From Thecamonas trahens ATCC 50062 (lineage: Eukaryota > Protista > Apusomonadida): 64,000 nucleotides of DNA. This document shows, piece by piece, positions 21,626 to 34,235 of this stretch. Below the pieces are notes generated by a model that saw only the letters and a list, made by a program, of their open reading frames with translations, searched no databases and was not told the DNA's origin. How positions within the stretch are numbered: position 1 is the first letter of the stretch; the number at the start of each line of letters is the position of its first letter. The DNA lies in assembly GCF_000142905.1 (NCBI RefSeq), contig NW_013657668.1:498822-562821 (forward strand). The letters run 5' to 3'. The position numbers and the translations under genes are program-made.

Positions 21626-24600
21626 TTACGTCGAGCTAGCGGACGCACCCGAGATGCGAGAGCTACCCGAGCCACTCAACCTGCTCGAGCTGTTCCATCG
21701 ACCGTCGGCATCGGCGGTGGTCCCGGTCGCGGTCGCGGTTCCGGTCCCGGTCGTCGTCCCCCCACCGGTCTCCAACCCGCTGCTGCTGCCGGACGCAGCG
21801 CTCCCGGCATCATTGTCTCGACGCATCTCCATGAGAACCGCCCCGACGCCCACAGCGCCAGCACGGATGATGTCATCGTCGTACTCCGAGTATGTGAGAT
21901 CCGCCATGGCAACGGCCTTTTTGATGGCTACTGCGCCCGCCGCAGACTGCGCCTCGGCCCGGTTCGCCGCCACGCTCACCCCATCGAGCCGACAGATCCA
22001 CCATACAACCCGCGGCAGCTTGTGGCGCATCTTGCGAAGCTTCTGTCGCGCCGCAACCGCGAGCATGTACCCGGTTGAGCCGAGAAGGAGCAGAACAAGG
22101 AAGATCGTGAGGACCGAGTGGAACGGTGAGTTGACTACCACGGTGTCAGACCCTCCAAGCTCGTCGGCGTAGTAAAGCTGCGAGGCCATGAGGATGACAA
22201 AGGTGACGACGAGCGAGAGCATCTCCATCGAGGTCAAAATCGAAAACGCAAACGGCGAGGCCTTCATGTGGACAAACAGCGCCAGCGCCACCACCCACAC
22301 CGCCGCATACACCTGCGCCACAGGATTAGTCTTGAGCAAGACCTTGATGGTGATGATGGCAGACTTGCGCACAAGAATGACCATCTCCCAGTAGTACCGG
22401 TTCGGCAGAAATCCGGAGACCAGGAACGCGTACCGCCGCCGGCCCTCGGCCGTGTGCAGAACCTCACGCTGTCGCCAGAGGAGAAACACACCGCCAACCG
22501 GCACGCCCACCACGTACACCACAAAGAAAACGCCTGCGGCAATCATCCACCGCACATGCGACGCCGTGTAGCACGCAAGCGACATGTCGGCAGCAAGATA
22601 CGCCACACCGTCGATATTGCGGCAGGCAAAGACCTCCAGCACCGTGGACGTCACTGAGGGGTGGGTGAAGAAAATAAGCACTAGGACAGAGACCCAGATC
22701 CGCCGCGAGAACACTTTCCACCGCTTGGTCTTCAGTGAGCCAACACACTTGCGGACGTAGTAGTTGCCACAGAGGAGCGCGGTCGGGACCGTAACCACAA
22801 ACAGAGGCACAAGCATGGCCACCAGGACCGAGTCAAAGAAGCTCCACCCAAACGCGCACTGGATCGAGAAGAACCGTGTCGAGAATCCGTTCGACGACGA
22901 CGCCATGCCAAACAGCACCCGTAGCGTGTTTGGCCATCGCGTTCGAAAGTCGCCCAAAAACGCCACTGTCTGCAGAAAGTTGATCATGATCTTGAACACC
23001 GCCGCAGAGATCGACTTTTGCGACTTCCACGAGAGCAGTGCAGACTTGATGAGGAAGAGGATAAAGCCGATAAAGACAATGGCAATCGCCACAAGAATCG
23101 CCATGTTCTCCATCACACTCGGACATCGCAGGCAGTTGTCACCAAACTTGGCATAACTGTCACGGCACACTCCGCAAAGCGGACCAGTGTACTCGGCCGC
23201 ACACGCCTCCGATGCCCCACCCACGCACGCATCCACCTCGTCGCACTCGAGAATCACATCGTTTTGCGACCGCGACGCCCGCCAGAAGCCAGCCAGTGGC
23301 ACAATCGCGCCCGACGTACAGTTACCGCCACGCACACAACGCCGACACACACAGTCGGCACATCCAGCAGGCTCGCTCGACGGCAGGTACCACCCATCGC
23401 CGCAATGGCAGTCTGACCGCGCTCCGCGCGCCCCAGCAGTCGTGAACTTGTTGATCGGGCACTCGAGGCACCCGCCGTCGCCGACAAAGTCCTTGTACCC
23501 GCGGCTTGAGCACGGCTGGCACTTGACTTCGCCCGCCACACTCGCAACCTCGTACCCGAGCCCGCACTGGCAGTCAACTCGATTGTCCATGGCCACAGAG
23601 TAGTTGCGCGACTCGCCGCAGCTCATGACTCGCACACCGCTCACCACCAGCGGCGCAAAGCCGGCAGCCGTCGTAAACTCGAATCGGTAACTCTCGTTGC
23701 GGAGGCCCACAAATGAAAAGTCGTAAAACGTGGCCACGCCATCGGCCTCGGTCGTCGCACTCGTTCCCGTCGTGAGCGTCACCAGCTCGCTGTCGGCCTC
23801 TCGCACGACTTGCAGCATGATCGGGACCTGCACTGATGCGTCATTGACCACAATTGCCCCACTTGCATCGCCAACACCGATCGCAGGCTGCAGCAAAGCC
23901 TCCAGTGCACCGGCATTGTCGTACGCACTCGGAAGCGGGCGGACAAGCACAAGCTGCACAGGCGTCGAAAAGTAGGTAAACATCAGCGGCGGCGCATAGT
24001 TGAACCCGTCGTTGGTGACAGAGAGCGTTACAGCCCGCGTCGTCGGGAACGCAGGCAGCGTAAACTGGAGAATGGACTCGGAGACAAAGGTGATGCTGCT
24101 CCGTCTGAGGTCGACCAGCCCGCCTGCCCGCGATGCCGCTCGGTCAACCACACTGCGGCTCGCCGCCACGCTCTCAAACTTGATGCCAAGTGCCGGCGAG
24201 TCCAGAAAGACAAACGGAGGCGAGGCAAAGATGTACACGTTGGTACCACCGGCCTGCGGACCAGACTGCGGCACCGAGTCGAGAAGCGCCGGAATGTCGA
24301 CGTAGAAGAACGTGACGCTTGTCTCAACGCTTGTCACCCCGTTGACTGTCACCTGTACCACCTGCGATGTGCCCGTGTTCGGCCCGAGCGGCATGGTGCA
24401 TCCCGTGAGGATACCGTAGCTGTTGTCCAGCCCAGCCGAGCTCACTGCGCACGGATACCCGCCAATAGAGACACTCAGCCCGGTGCCGGCCAGCCCGGTC
24501 CCAGTCAACGTCACCGCAGTCCCGGTTGGCCCCAGTTTCGGACTAATCGAGACCAGGCCCGGCAGGATGGTCAGCGCCCCGCTCGCAGCCTCGCCGCCGC

Positions 24601-27600
24601 TGGTCACTCTCGCACTCACCACACGCCCAGATGCAAACGAAAGCGCTGGAACCACGCAGCCGGAGATACGGGTAAAAGTGACAACCACGCTCGAGTTGCA
24701 GCTGAGCCCGTCGAGGTCGACGACCGCATCCGGACCAAACCCGATGCCCACAATGTCGACAGCCGTGCCGGCCGCCGCACTGCTGGGCATCACGCTCGTC
24801 ACCGCGGGCACGTACTTGAACGACACGTCCGCTGCCGGCCCGTCAACCACCGCCGCTACGTTGCCGACCACCGCCGAGACCGCAGCCACGCTCCCGGATC
24901 CAGCGCTTGGCGCCACGCACCCAAGCAAGACCGTGGCACCAGATTGCGCCACACCCGCGCCCGAGCACAGCAGGCCGCCGAGCGAGATCGAGTTGAGCGG
25001 CAGACCAGTGCCAAAGTAGCCGATAATGCTCACCGCCGTGCCGACCGGGCCCGAGGTCGGCGCAATTCGCGAAATCGTCGCCGCGTATACAAACGAGACG
25101 CTACCGGTGGCAGAGCTCAAGCCGTCGAGCGTCACTCGGACGTCGGCAACCGTTCCCACCACCGCAGACGGTACGCTGCATCCGGTGACCGCAAAGAGCC
25201 CCGCTCCTGCTGCGCTCACGCTCGCTGGCCCGCCGCTCGCTGCCACTGCACCAAACACAATGTCACCACACGTGATGCCACCCAGCGAAGCGCCCACGAG
25301 CGTAAACGCCTGTCCGGTCATCCCGGCTGCAGGGGTCACAGACACCACCATCGGTTCGTACGTGAAAGTAACTCCTGCACCTGTACCCGAGGTCACAGCG
25401 TTAAACGCCACTGCGACTGCGCCGACGCGTGTGCTGGTTAGCCCTTGCGGGACGGCACAGCCTGCGAGCAGCGAACCGCTTGCTGCGGATGGTGTCCCGC
25501 TCGCCGCCACTCCGTCGATGAGAACCGAGGAGCAGTCTGCGCCAGCCAGCCCGCTGCCGGTCACATTGAATATCGTGTTCTGGTCGCCGGTGTCTGGCGA
25601 CATGCTCACCAGCTGGGGAACTACCGTAAAGCTCGGAACAACCGCTCCAGCCCGAGCTGCAGCGTCCAGCGATCCGGCCGACACGCTCACGCGGCCGACC
25701 GTTCCTACGCCAAGGCTCATCGGCACGGTACATCCGTCCAAGCGAGTCCCGCCCACAAGAACGGACGGACTTCCGCTCGCAGGTACGCCGTCAACGGTGA
25801 CCGCGGCACACGAGGCAACGTTATGAAAGCCGCTGCCGGTGACCATGATGGCAGCACCAGGCGGGCCGGAGCTCGGGCTCACCGCCACCACATCCGAGTA
25901 GACGTCGAGCGTGAGGTTGGCTGGCGCAGCAAGCGAGTCGAGCGTGAGCGTGAGCTCCAGACCTGCTTCCGCAGCCAGGCCGGGTGCCACTGTGCACCCA
26001 CGAATCTCGTCGTTCGGCGAGCCGCGGACCACGGTGGCGGTCCCGGCAAGCGCCTCGCCACGGACATGCAAATCAGCGCAGGTTGCGCCTAGAAAGCCGG
26101 TTCCGGTCACCGTCACCACCGAGCCGGCGACGACGCCGGTCGGTGCCACGGCGCCCAGCGTCGGCACTGCGCGCAATGTAGTGAACGCCGCCGCAAAGTT
26201 GGTCTCCAGCGGAATGCCCGCCGAGTTGACAGCCGTTGTCGCATCGAGGGCAATGTCAATGACCTCAAGGTTCGGCAGTACAGTAGCAGGCACAAACGTA
26301 GCCGATACGTTGGCGAGTGAGGCCCAGGTGAGCGTGCCAGGAAGAGTCACCCGCGGCCCACCACCCGACGGCAGGTATGAGACCAAGAGCGCAGCCGCAA
26401 CCGAGCTTGTCTCCATCGCTTCGTTGAACGCGAGTGTGATCGCAGTGGTGGGATGGACCAGCTCGGCCGTGTCTGGCGGTGCCACGCTCGTCACTCGTGG
26501 CGCGGTCACGTCAAGCGTGATAAAGCAGACGTCGACCGGCGGCGAGCCCAGGAGCCGATTGAGCGACACGTCGGTTGCCTCGCCGGTCACTTGCAAGCAG
26601 TGTCGCGTTAGATTGCGCAGTCCGTGGTCGCCACCTGGTGTGTAGGTGAGCACTCGGTTGACGTCTGACCACACAAAGGTACCCGACGCCGAAGCCGGCT
26701 CGAGCTCCTCGATCACTGCGGCACCGCTCCAGGCCGTGAGGTTGAACGCAGCCTCGGTTGTCGCCGTGCTCATCGGCTCGGAGAAAACATGCTGATGGGC
26801 GCGGAGGCACTCACACCAATGGTGCCGTCGGCCAGCGAGACCGAGACAACGGTGGGAGGCGTGAGATCGACCGTGCGGAAGGTGGCAACAGCAGTGGCAG
26901 CGAGCGAGTTGAGCACCACGTCCTTGGCCGTCCCGCCCGCCACCGTCGTCCGGTAAGAGGCGTCGTCGGAGAGCGGCGCATCTGGCACCCATGTGAGCCG
27001 CGTGAGATCGCTTGACCAAGCGCTGGAGCCGCTGATGGGCACAAACGATGAACCGTCGATTCGCGCCACCGTCAGCGCCGAGTCGGCCGACGCCACGTCC
27101 ATGCGCTCCGAGAAGACAATACTGACGTTTGCGGTGACCGGGATTGAAATGGCGGCGTCGGCTGGAGTCATCGAAATCACGGTCGGCGCGGTAATGTCCT
27201 GCGTCTCCCATGTAAAGACCAGGTCGGGACCAGGCGCCATGGCGTTGCCGATAGCATCGGTGAGTGCAGCTCGCACGAAAACCAGCCGACACAGAGTCTC
27301 GTTGACCAGCGGCCTGCCTGCGGCCGGGCGGATGCCTAACCGCGCACCACCGAGCGAAAAGGCAGCGATGTGCGGCAGAGGGGTCCACGGCCCATCACCC
27401 CCCACATCGCGACAGGCAAGCGTGGCGGCATCGCTCGCGGAGCTCACGTTGAGAGCCTCGTCAAAGGTGACGACGAGCAGAGTCGTGACCGCAACGTTTG
27501 CAGAAGCGTTGGCTGGGGCGACGCTGACAACGACGGGGCCGTCGATGTCCTCGGTGGTAAACTGGAAGAACGACGGCGCGAGCGAGTTGCCCGAAACATC

Positions 27601-30600
27601 GTGGGCGCCTGCCGAGACAGCAACATAGTGGGTAGTCTTCTGGGCAAGAAGCGCCGAGGGCGTAAAGGTAACGACCGAGTTGTTTCCGGTCCAGGCAAAG
27701 GAGCCCGGAACGACACGTGCATCCGCGTCGGAGAGCGAGAAGGCGGGCGGGAACGTGGTGGTGTTCATCGGCTCGTTAAAGGCGAGCGTGACCACGGTGG
27801 AAGAGATGGAGAGCGGGCCGGCGTCGTCGACTGGCAGGTGCCACTGCATGACTGGTGGGATGTTGTCGATGGTGTGGAAGGAGGAGGCCCAGGTCGGCGA
27901 GAGAGGGTACGACGACTCGTCTTGGGCGTCAGCTGAGATGGTGATGGTGTAGTCGCGGTCGGCGACCAAACCCGATGGAGTCCACTGGAGGACCGAGAGC
28001 GAGAGCCAAAAGGCCGAGCCGGAGACCGGAGTCACGCCGTCGAGCTTGACAGAGACCGCGTTCTCGGTCTTTGAGAGCGACATGGGCTCGGAGAAGGTGA
28101 TCAGGATCGAGGCCGCGAGCGAGACTGCTGGTGCACCGTTCGGCGGAGACATGTTGATGACCGATGGCGGTCCGTTGTCGACGGTGAAAAAGTGCGAGGC
28201 AAAGGGGGCAGCCATAAAGTTGCCTGAAACGTCGCGGATGGTGGTCAAGAGGCTGATGTCGTAGCGATGCGCAAAGGTGAGGTTCGACGTGGGGGTGAGG
28301 GCCACGCGGGTGTTGCCGGCGGACCAAGTGAGATAGCCGCCGACGCCGACGCTGGCCTCGTCCTCGACAATGAGGCTGCTGCCGAGAGTGACCGAGCTCG
28401 GGTCGATGGCCTCGTTGAACGCGATCTCAATGTCGTCACCGACCGGCACCCCCTGCTTAGCCCGGGTAGGGATGGTGAACGAGACCTGCGGCGGAGTGAG
28501 GTCGATGGTCTTGAAAGCAAACGAGCCGACGTTGGCAAAGGCAAGGCCACCAGTGGCGTCGCGGGCGTGGGTCGAGACGGTGACAACAAACGAGGTCTTC
28601 TCGGCGAGCGGCTGTGCAGGGTCAAACACGACAAGCCGCGGGGTGATCCAGGTGAAAGAACCCGGGAACGAAGCCACGATGCCGGCAGAGAGCGAAAAGG
28701 CGGCCTCGACACTCGAGGCGTTCATAGGCTCAGAAAAGACGACGGTGACGTTGGACTCGACCGCGACGTCCACAGCGTTGGCCAGTGGGATGGTGGCGTC
28801 GATGAACGGGCGGGTGACGTCTTGGCAGGTTGGCGGCAGGAGCGACCAGACTGGGCCAGGCTGGCAAGTCCGCGACGCGTCGCCGATAAGCGAGTAGTAC
28901 TGGTTGCAGCCGTAGTGGCAGACGCTGGGGAAGGTGGTGTTGGTGCAGCCGTCGACAAGATAGCCAGCGACCGGCGGGATGAGCGGCCCACAGTCCTGGG
29001 CCACGCACACCGGATGACTGCCTGTCCAGTTGCCGGTCACCAGGCACGTTCGCGACGTTGCGCCGATAATGTCATAGCCCGAGTTGCAGGAGAACGACGC
29101 ACAGATGCGGTCGACTTCAGGAACACAACCGGTCGGCGGCTGGAGGTCGCCGTTGGCCGGCGCGGCGAGCGCAGGGCACCAGTTGGGGAGCGGCTTACAA
29201 ACCGGAGTCGGCGCGGACCAGTTACCTGCGGTGGCCGAGCCTTGGAGACACGAGAGCGTTGGCGAACCAACCAGATAGTACCCGGTGTTGCAGCCAAAGA
29301 CGCCACACTGACCGGCGATGGAGCGGTTGCAGGCGCCAAGCGTACCGTGGGGGTCGGCCTCGAGGTCGGGGCAGTACTCGGTGGAGATGGCGCAGATGGC
29401 CGGCGTTGACGACCACGAGCCCGAGGCCAGGCAGGTGCGGGTGATGTCGCCAACAAGGATGAAGCCGTCGTCGCAGTCGTAGGAGCAGACGTCACGGTAG
29501 GTACGCGACGGGCAGCTGAGGAGCCTGCCGTTGACCGGGGCAACGAGCTGCTCGCACTCGATGTTGGTGCAGCGTGAGGCGTTTCCGGACCACAGGCCGA
29601 CGGTCTCGTTGAAAGCAGTGCATGTACGCGAGGTCGGGCCGTCGAGCTCGTAGCCGACGTCGCAGTAAAAGACACCGCAGGTGTCGTCGACGCGATGGCC
29701 GCACTCGTTGAGGTTGCCAAATTGCGGCGGAGGCAGCGGCGTGCAGTATCCGTCGCGCGGCGTGCAGTCGACTAGCGAGGCATTGCTCCACACGCCCAAA
29801 GCGCGGCTTGCGCCTTGGACGCATGCCGTGGACTGGACGCCGAGCGAGTGGTAGCCATCACGGCAAGTCATGTCGAGGACCTGGCCGAGGCGGCGCGAGA
29901 AGGAGGCAAAGGTGCCGCCTTCGGCAGGAGCCAGGTAGGGGCAAAACGACTCGTCGACGGGGCAGACAATGTCTTGCGACCACTTGCCATGGGTAGCATT
30001 GTGTGCCTTGCATGTGACGTTGACGACGTAGTCGTCGACGGCAAAGCCGATCTGTTTGCGGCCGACATCGCATTGGAATGGGCCGCAGCTGCCGCCGATG
30101 GAGGTGGTGCAGGCTCCACCAAAGGTGCCGCCGTCCGGGGTGGCTAGCAGCGGACAGTAGTCAGCAATGAGGGCGGAGCAGTCGGCGCCGTCGTATCCAA
30201 TGTCGCAGGCGCAGGTGTTTGGCGCGACGCATGCGCCGTGCTCAATTGAGCAGGCCGGCGCGTTGCAGATGGGATCACACTCGTCGAGCGCGAGGACAGA
30301 AATGCCATGCACGGCCGAGTTGGGGCAGGCAGCGACTTGGAGCGAGACTTCGATGTGACCGAGGGCAGCGGCGACAAACTCAACGTATGGCGCGCCGGTG
30401 AGCGCCGAAGTGACTGTTGCCGGGCCGGTGACAGTCCAGGCATACGAGGACGAAGCGACGTTGGTGCTCACGCGGAGCGACATGGTGATGCAAGCGGTGG
30501 TGTTGAGCGTGGCGCCGTCAAAGGACGAGGCGCCGTCGACGACAATGGCGGTGGCGAGCGGGCCGACCACCAGCTCGCTCGGGTAATGGAAAGAGCCGAG

Positions 30601-33102
30601 GTTGATGTCGTAGACGGCCTCGGTACCGACCGGGAGCCGGACAATGGCGTCCGGGTACGCCTCGGCATCGTCAAAGTATGTGGCGGCGGCGCCGGGAACC
30701 GACCAGAGGATCTCGCCCGCTGTGGTGTTGACGGCGCTGGCCGAGATGTTAGACTGGGAGAGGTAGACGGTGCCAACAAAGCAGTCGCGGGCAATGGTGA
30801 GGAGCGGGGTGGCATCGTCGAGAAAGTCGGTGATGACCGGGTCGGCAGCCGAGGCTTCGATGTAAACGTTGGCGACATCGCCAGGCAGACCAGCGCCGCC
30901 GGGTCCGCCGGTCCCGCCGGCCCCGCCAGCTCCACCATCGGCGCCAGCGCCGACGACGTCGAGGAACGTCGAGTTTGCGGTGACGTACTCGACGCCTTCG
31001 TTGCATGTAATGACGACGGAGCCGTTGCAGTAAGAGGGGACGTAGCCCGAGGTGCACCTGCCGAGAAAGTAGAGGCCGCCACACTGTTCAGGCACGATGT
31101 TTCCAGAGCAGGAGGCCGTGGCGTTGTTGTTGACGCACACTTCAACGGTCTCTTCGGGCACAAAGGTAGTGTTGAGCCAGGAAGCGCAGGTGTAGCCGGC
31201 GATGGCGTATGTCCCGTTGCAGCATTCGGCGGTGGCGTTGCCTGAGCAGCACGGGCGCGGCGCGGCGCAGTCATCGAGAAAGACACCTGTGGAGCAGTAC
31301 GGCTCGAGAGTGCCTGCGCAGCAAGCGGCGGTGGCGTTGCCGAGGCAGCAGCCTTCAGTGCCGGCGCACGTGGCGTTGTACTCGAACGCGCCGGAGGAGC
31401 AGTTGAGGCCGTAGGTACCTGTGCAGCATGCGGCGGTCGCGGTGTCGTTGCCGTAGCAGCACGCGTCTTGTGGAGTCGACCAAGTGCCGTTGGTGCACGC
31501 CAGCTCGTAGGTCCCATTTGAGCAGCAAGCTTCGGTGGTGTTGCCGAGGCAGCAGTCAGCCGCGCCGGCGCATGTGGCGTTGTAGTCCCAGGTTGCGCCG
31601 TGGCAGAGGGCCTCGGGCGTGCCGCCAACGCAGACCGGCTGCGGGTTGGCATCGCGCGGGCAGCATGAGGCGTAGGGACAGTCATGGACGTAGGTGCCGT
31701 TGGCGCAGGTAAAGACTGGTTCCCAGTGGGTGCAGTTTGCAACAGTGACGTACTGGACGGTGGCATCGCCGGTGAAGACGCCACCAATGCCGCCGTCGCC
31801 ACCAGCGCCGCCGGCGCCGCCAGGGCCGCCGACGCCGCCGGTGCCACCAGGACCGGCCTCGAGCGAGCACATGCGGAAGACGCCGTTGGCGCCGTTGTTG
31901 AAGACATAGACGGCAAAGTTGCCGCCGCCGGAGAAGCCACCTGTTCCCGGATAGCCGCCTTGACCGCCGCCGCCGCCGCCGCCACCGCCGGAGCCGGCAC
32001 CAAAGACGGTGATGTTGGTGGAGCGGAAGCCGCCGCCGCCACCGCCGCCAGAACCGCCCTCGCCGCCGTAGCCGGCGGTGCCGTTTGCGCCGCGGCCGCC
32101 GGGAAAGTAAAATCCTGCAGCGTGGATGGGAAGCTGAGCTGAGACGCCTCCCTCGTCGCCGGCGGCGCCCGAGACGCCGTCGACGGCGACACCGCCTGTG
32201 CCGCCCGGCGGGCCTGCCGTGCCGCCGACGCCTCCCGGTCCGCCGAGAGGTGAGGCACCGCCATCGGCACCATGCCATCCGGCGGGTCCGCCTGAGCCGC
32301 CGCCGCCACCGCCCATGCCGTCTTGAGTCATGTTGGTGCCGAGCTGCATCGAGCCGGCGGTCGAGTTGACGCCGGCGGTCCCGCCGTAGACGCCGGCACC
32401 GGCGCCGCCGGTCCCGCCAAGGCCCGGTGCGTTCTCGAGCTCCTTCGTCCCGTTGCCGCCGGAGAGACCGGGCAAACCGGGCAGGCCAGGGGCGCCTGCG
32501 GTGCCCGGAGCGCCAGAGGAGGCGGCACCGGTGACGACGCGGACCCGAGTAAAGGTGTAGTCAGAGCAGGCCTCGAGACGGATGCCGTAGATGGTGACAC
32601 CAGCAGCCGAAGAAGCAGGAGCGTCTGCGACTTGAAGCCGCAAAGTATGCAGCTCAAAGTGAGAAGCATCCGTAGCGATGAGACCGGCGATGTAAGGGTA
32701 GGAGGCGTTGCCATCGACATTGAGAGATGATCGGAAGAGGACAGTCGTGTCTGGGTTGTTTGTCCTCGACCAGGCCGCAGGCTCGTAACCACCTTGAACA
32801 AAGGTATACGACGGGAGGGCCAGAGCGGTATCAAACGAGTATGTACCGGTAGCAAGGTAGACATAGACCGTATCATCGGCACTACCACACAGCGCAGCCA
32901 GTTCCAGTCCGTGACCAAGTGTGGTGGGTGCAGAGCGAGTGCCATTGGAGCCACTGTCGCCCGTCACCGTTACAAACACTTCCAAAGCATTCACATCAAG
33001 CGGACAGAGAGCTTGAGATGTTGATGTCAAGACAACGAGGACGAGGACGAGGACGAGGATGGTGGTGGTGGTGGTGGTGGTGGTGGTGGTGGTGGTGGTC
33101 AT
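21626..33102 (-). CDS. Giant (~3800 aa) cell-surface protein: signal peptide, beta-helix/Gly-rich domain, Cys-rich insert, EGF, Sushi/CCP repeats, bacterial Ig-like (Big_5-type) repeats, IPT/TIG repeats, Cys-rich, about 7 TM; one frame break near 26786
   Basis: ORF 26770..33102 ends in ...APISM and ORF 21626..27388 resumes VFSEPM in the middle of an Ig repeat. Motifs: C.Y.CDDGF.L.G...RTC...G.WS (Sushi), DxTPPxV...P..F(S/N)EPM (Big_5), SP..GP.GT.V.I.G (IPT), RRYAFLVSGF...YYWE.V...RK (TM module). Confidence 0.85.
33061..33099. repeat. (GGT)13 microsatellite encoding N-terminal poly-Thr
   Basis: Read directly, immediately after the ATG of the giant gene. Confidence 0.9.
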
Positions 33103-33595
33103 GGTCGATGTGGGTGGGAGGGGGGGGAGGGGCGGGGGGAGGGGGAAAGAATGAACTCCTCGGGGGGAGGAGACGGGGTGAGGGAGGGGAAGGGGGGAGT
33201 GGGGGGAGGGGTGAGGAGGAGTGGAGGTAGGAGGAGAAAGAGAGAGGGAGTGAGGGAGTGGCGTTGGGTGTTAGGCGGCAACAGATGAGGGGGGTGGGGG
33301 GTGGGGGGTGGGGGGTGGGGGAGGGGGGTGGCAGGAAGGCTCGAAGACACCCGTGCCACCACCCACGTGGACCGTGGCGCATCAAGTTGAGGATGATTTT
33401 TTTGGGGCGGAGGTGGCTGGCGTGAGGGAGCGCGAGCTTGGCTGCCTTACCGGTTGTCAAGTCGATTGCTTTTTAGCATGGCATTGCCAGCGAGTATTGG
33501 TGTGCTGTGTGCTGTATAGTGTGGCTGTCATGTGGCGAGATGATCAAGGGGTAGGGGGTGGGATGGGGGTGCAACAAGGAGTGCAGCGCGACATA

Positions 33596-34026
33596 CGCCC
33601 AGCCATCGCCCAGCCATCGCCCAGCCATCGCCCAGCCATCGCCCAGCCATCGCCCAGCCATCGCCCAGCCATCGCCCAGCCATCGCCCAGCCATCGCCCA
33701 GCCATCGCCCGGCCATCACCCAGCCATCGCCCAGCCATCGCCCAGCCATCGCCCAGCCATCGCCCAGCCATCGCCCGGCCATCACCCAGCCATCGCCCAG
33801 CCATCGCCCAGCCATCGCCCAGCCATCGCCCAGCCATCGCCCGGCCATCACCCAGCCATCGCCCAGCCATCGCCCAGCCATCGCCCAGCCATCGTCCAGC
33901 CATCGCCCAGCCATCGCCCAGCCATCGCCCAGCCATCGCCCAGCCATCGCCCAGCCATCGCCCAGCCATCGCCCAGCCATCGCCCAGCCATGCCCAGCCA
34001 TCGCCCAGCCATCGCCCAGCCATCGC
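33596..34026. repeat. 11-bp minisatellite (CGCCCAGCCAT), about 39 copies
   Basis: Read directly. The variant CCGGCCATCAC recurs at 33711, 33777 and 33843 (66-bp higher-order period). Confidence 0.97.
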
Positions 34027-34235
34027 TCACCTTCATTCGCATCCGTTCACCTTTCCCCACTCGCCACCACCACCTGACCCCACCCAACACCCACCACCCT
34101 CCCGCCCTCCCCACCCCACCCACTCCACCACACCACACCACACCGCACCGCACCCCACAACCTTCCACCCACCCACTATCTCCCCCCTCCCCCTCCCCCT
34201 CCCTACGTACCCTCCCTCTACTCTCGACACCCGCC

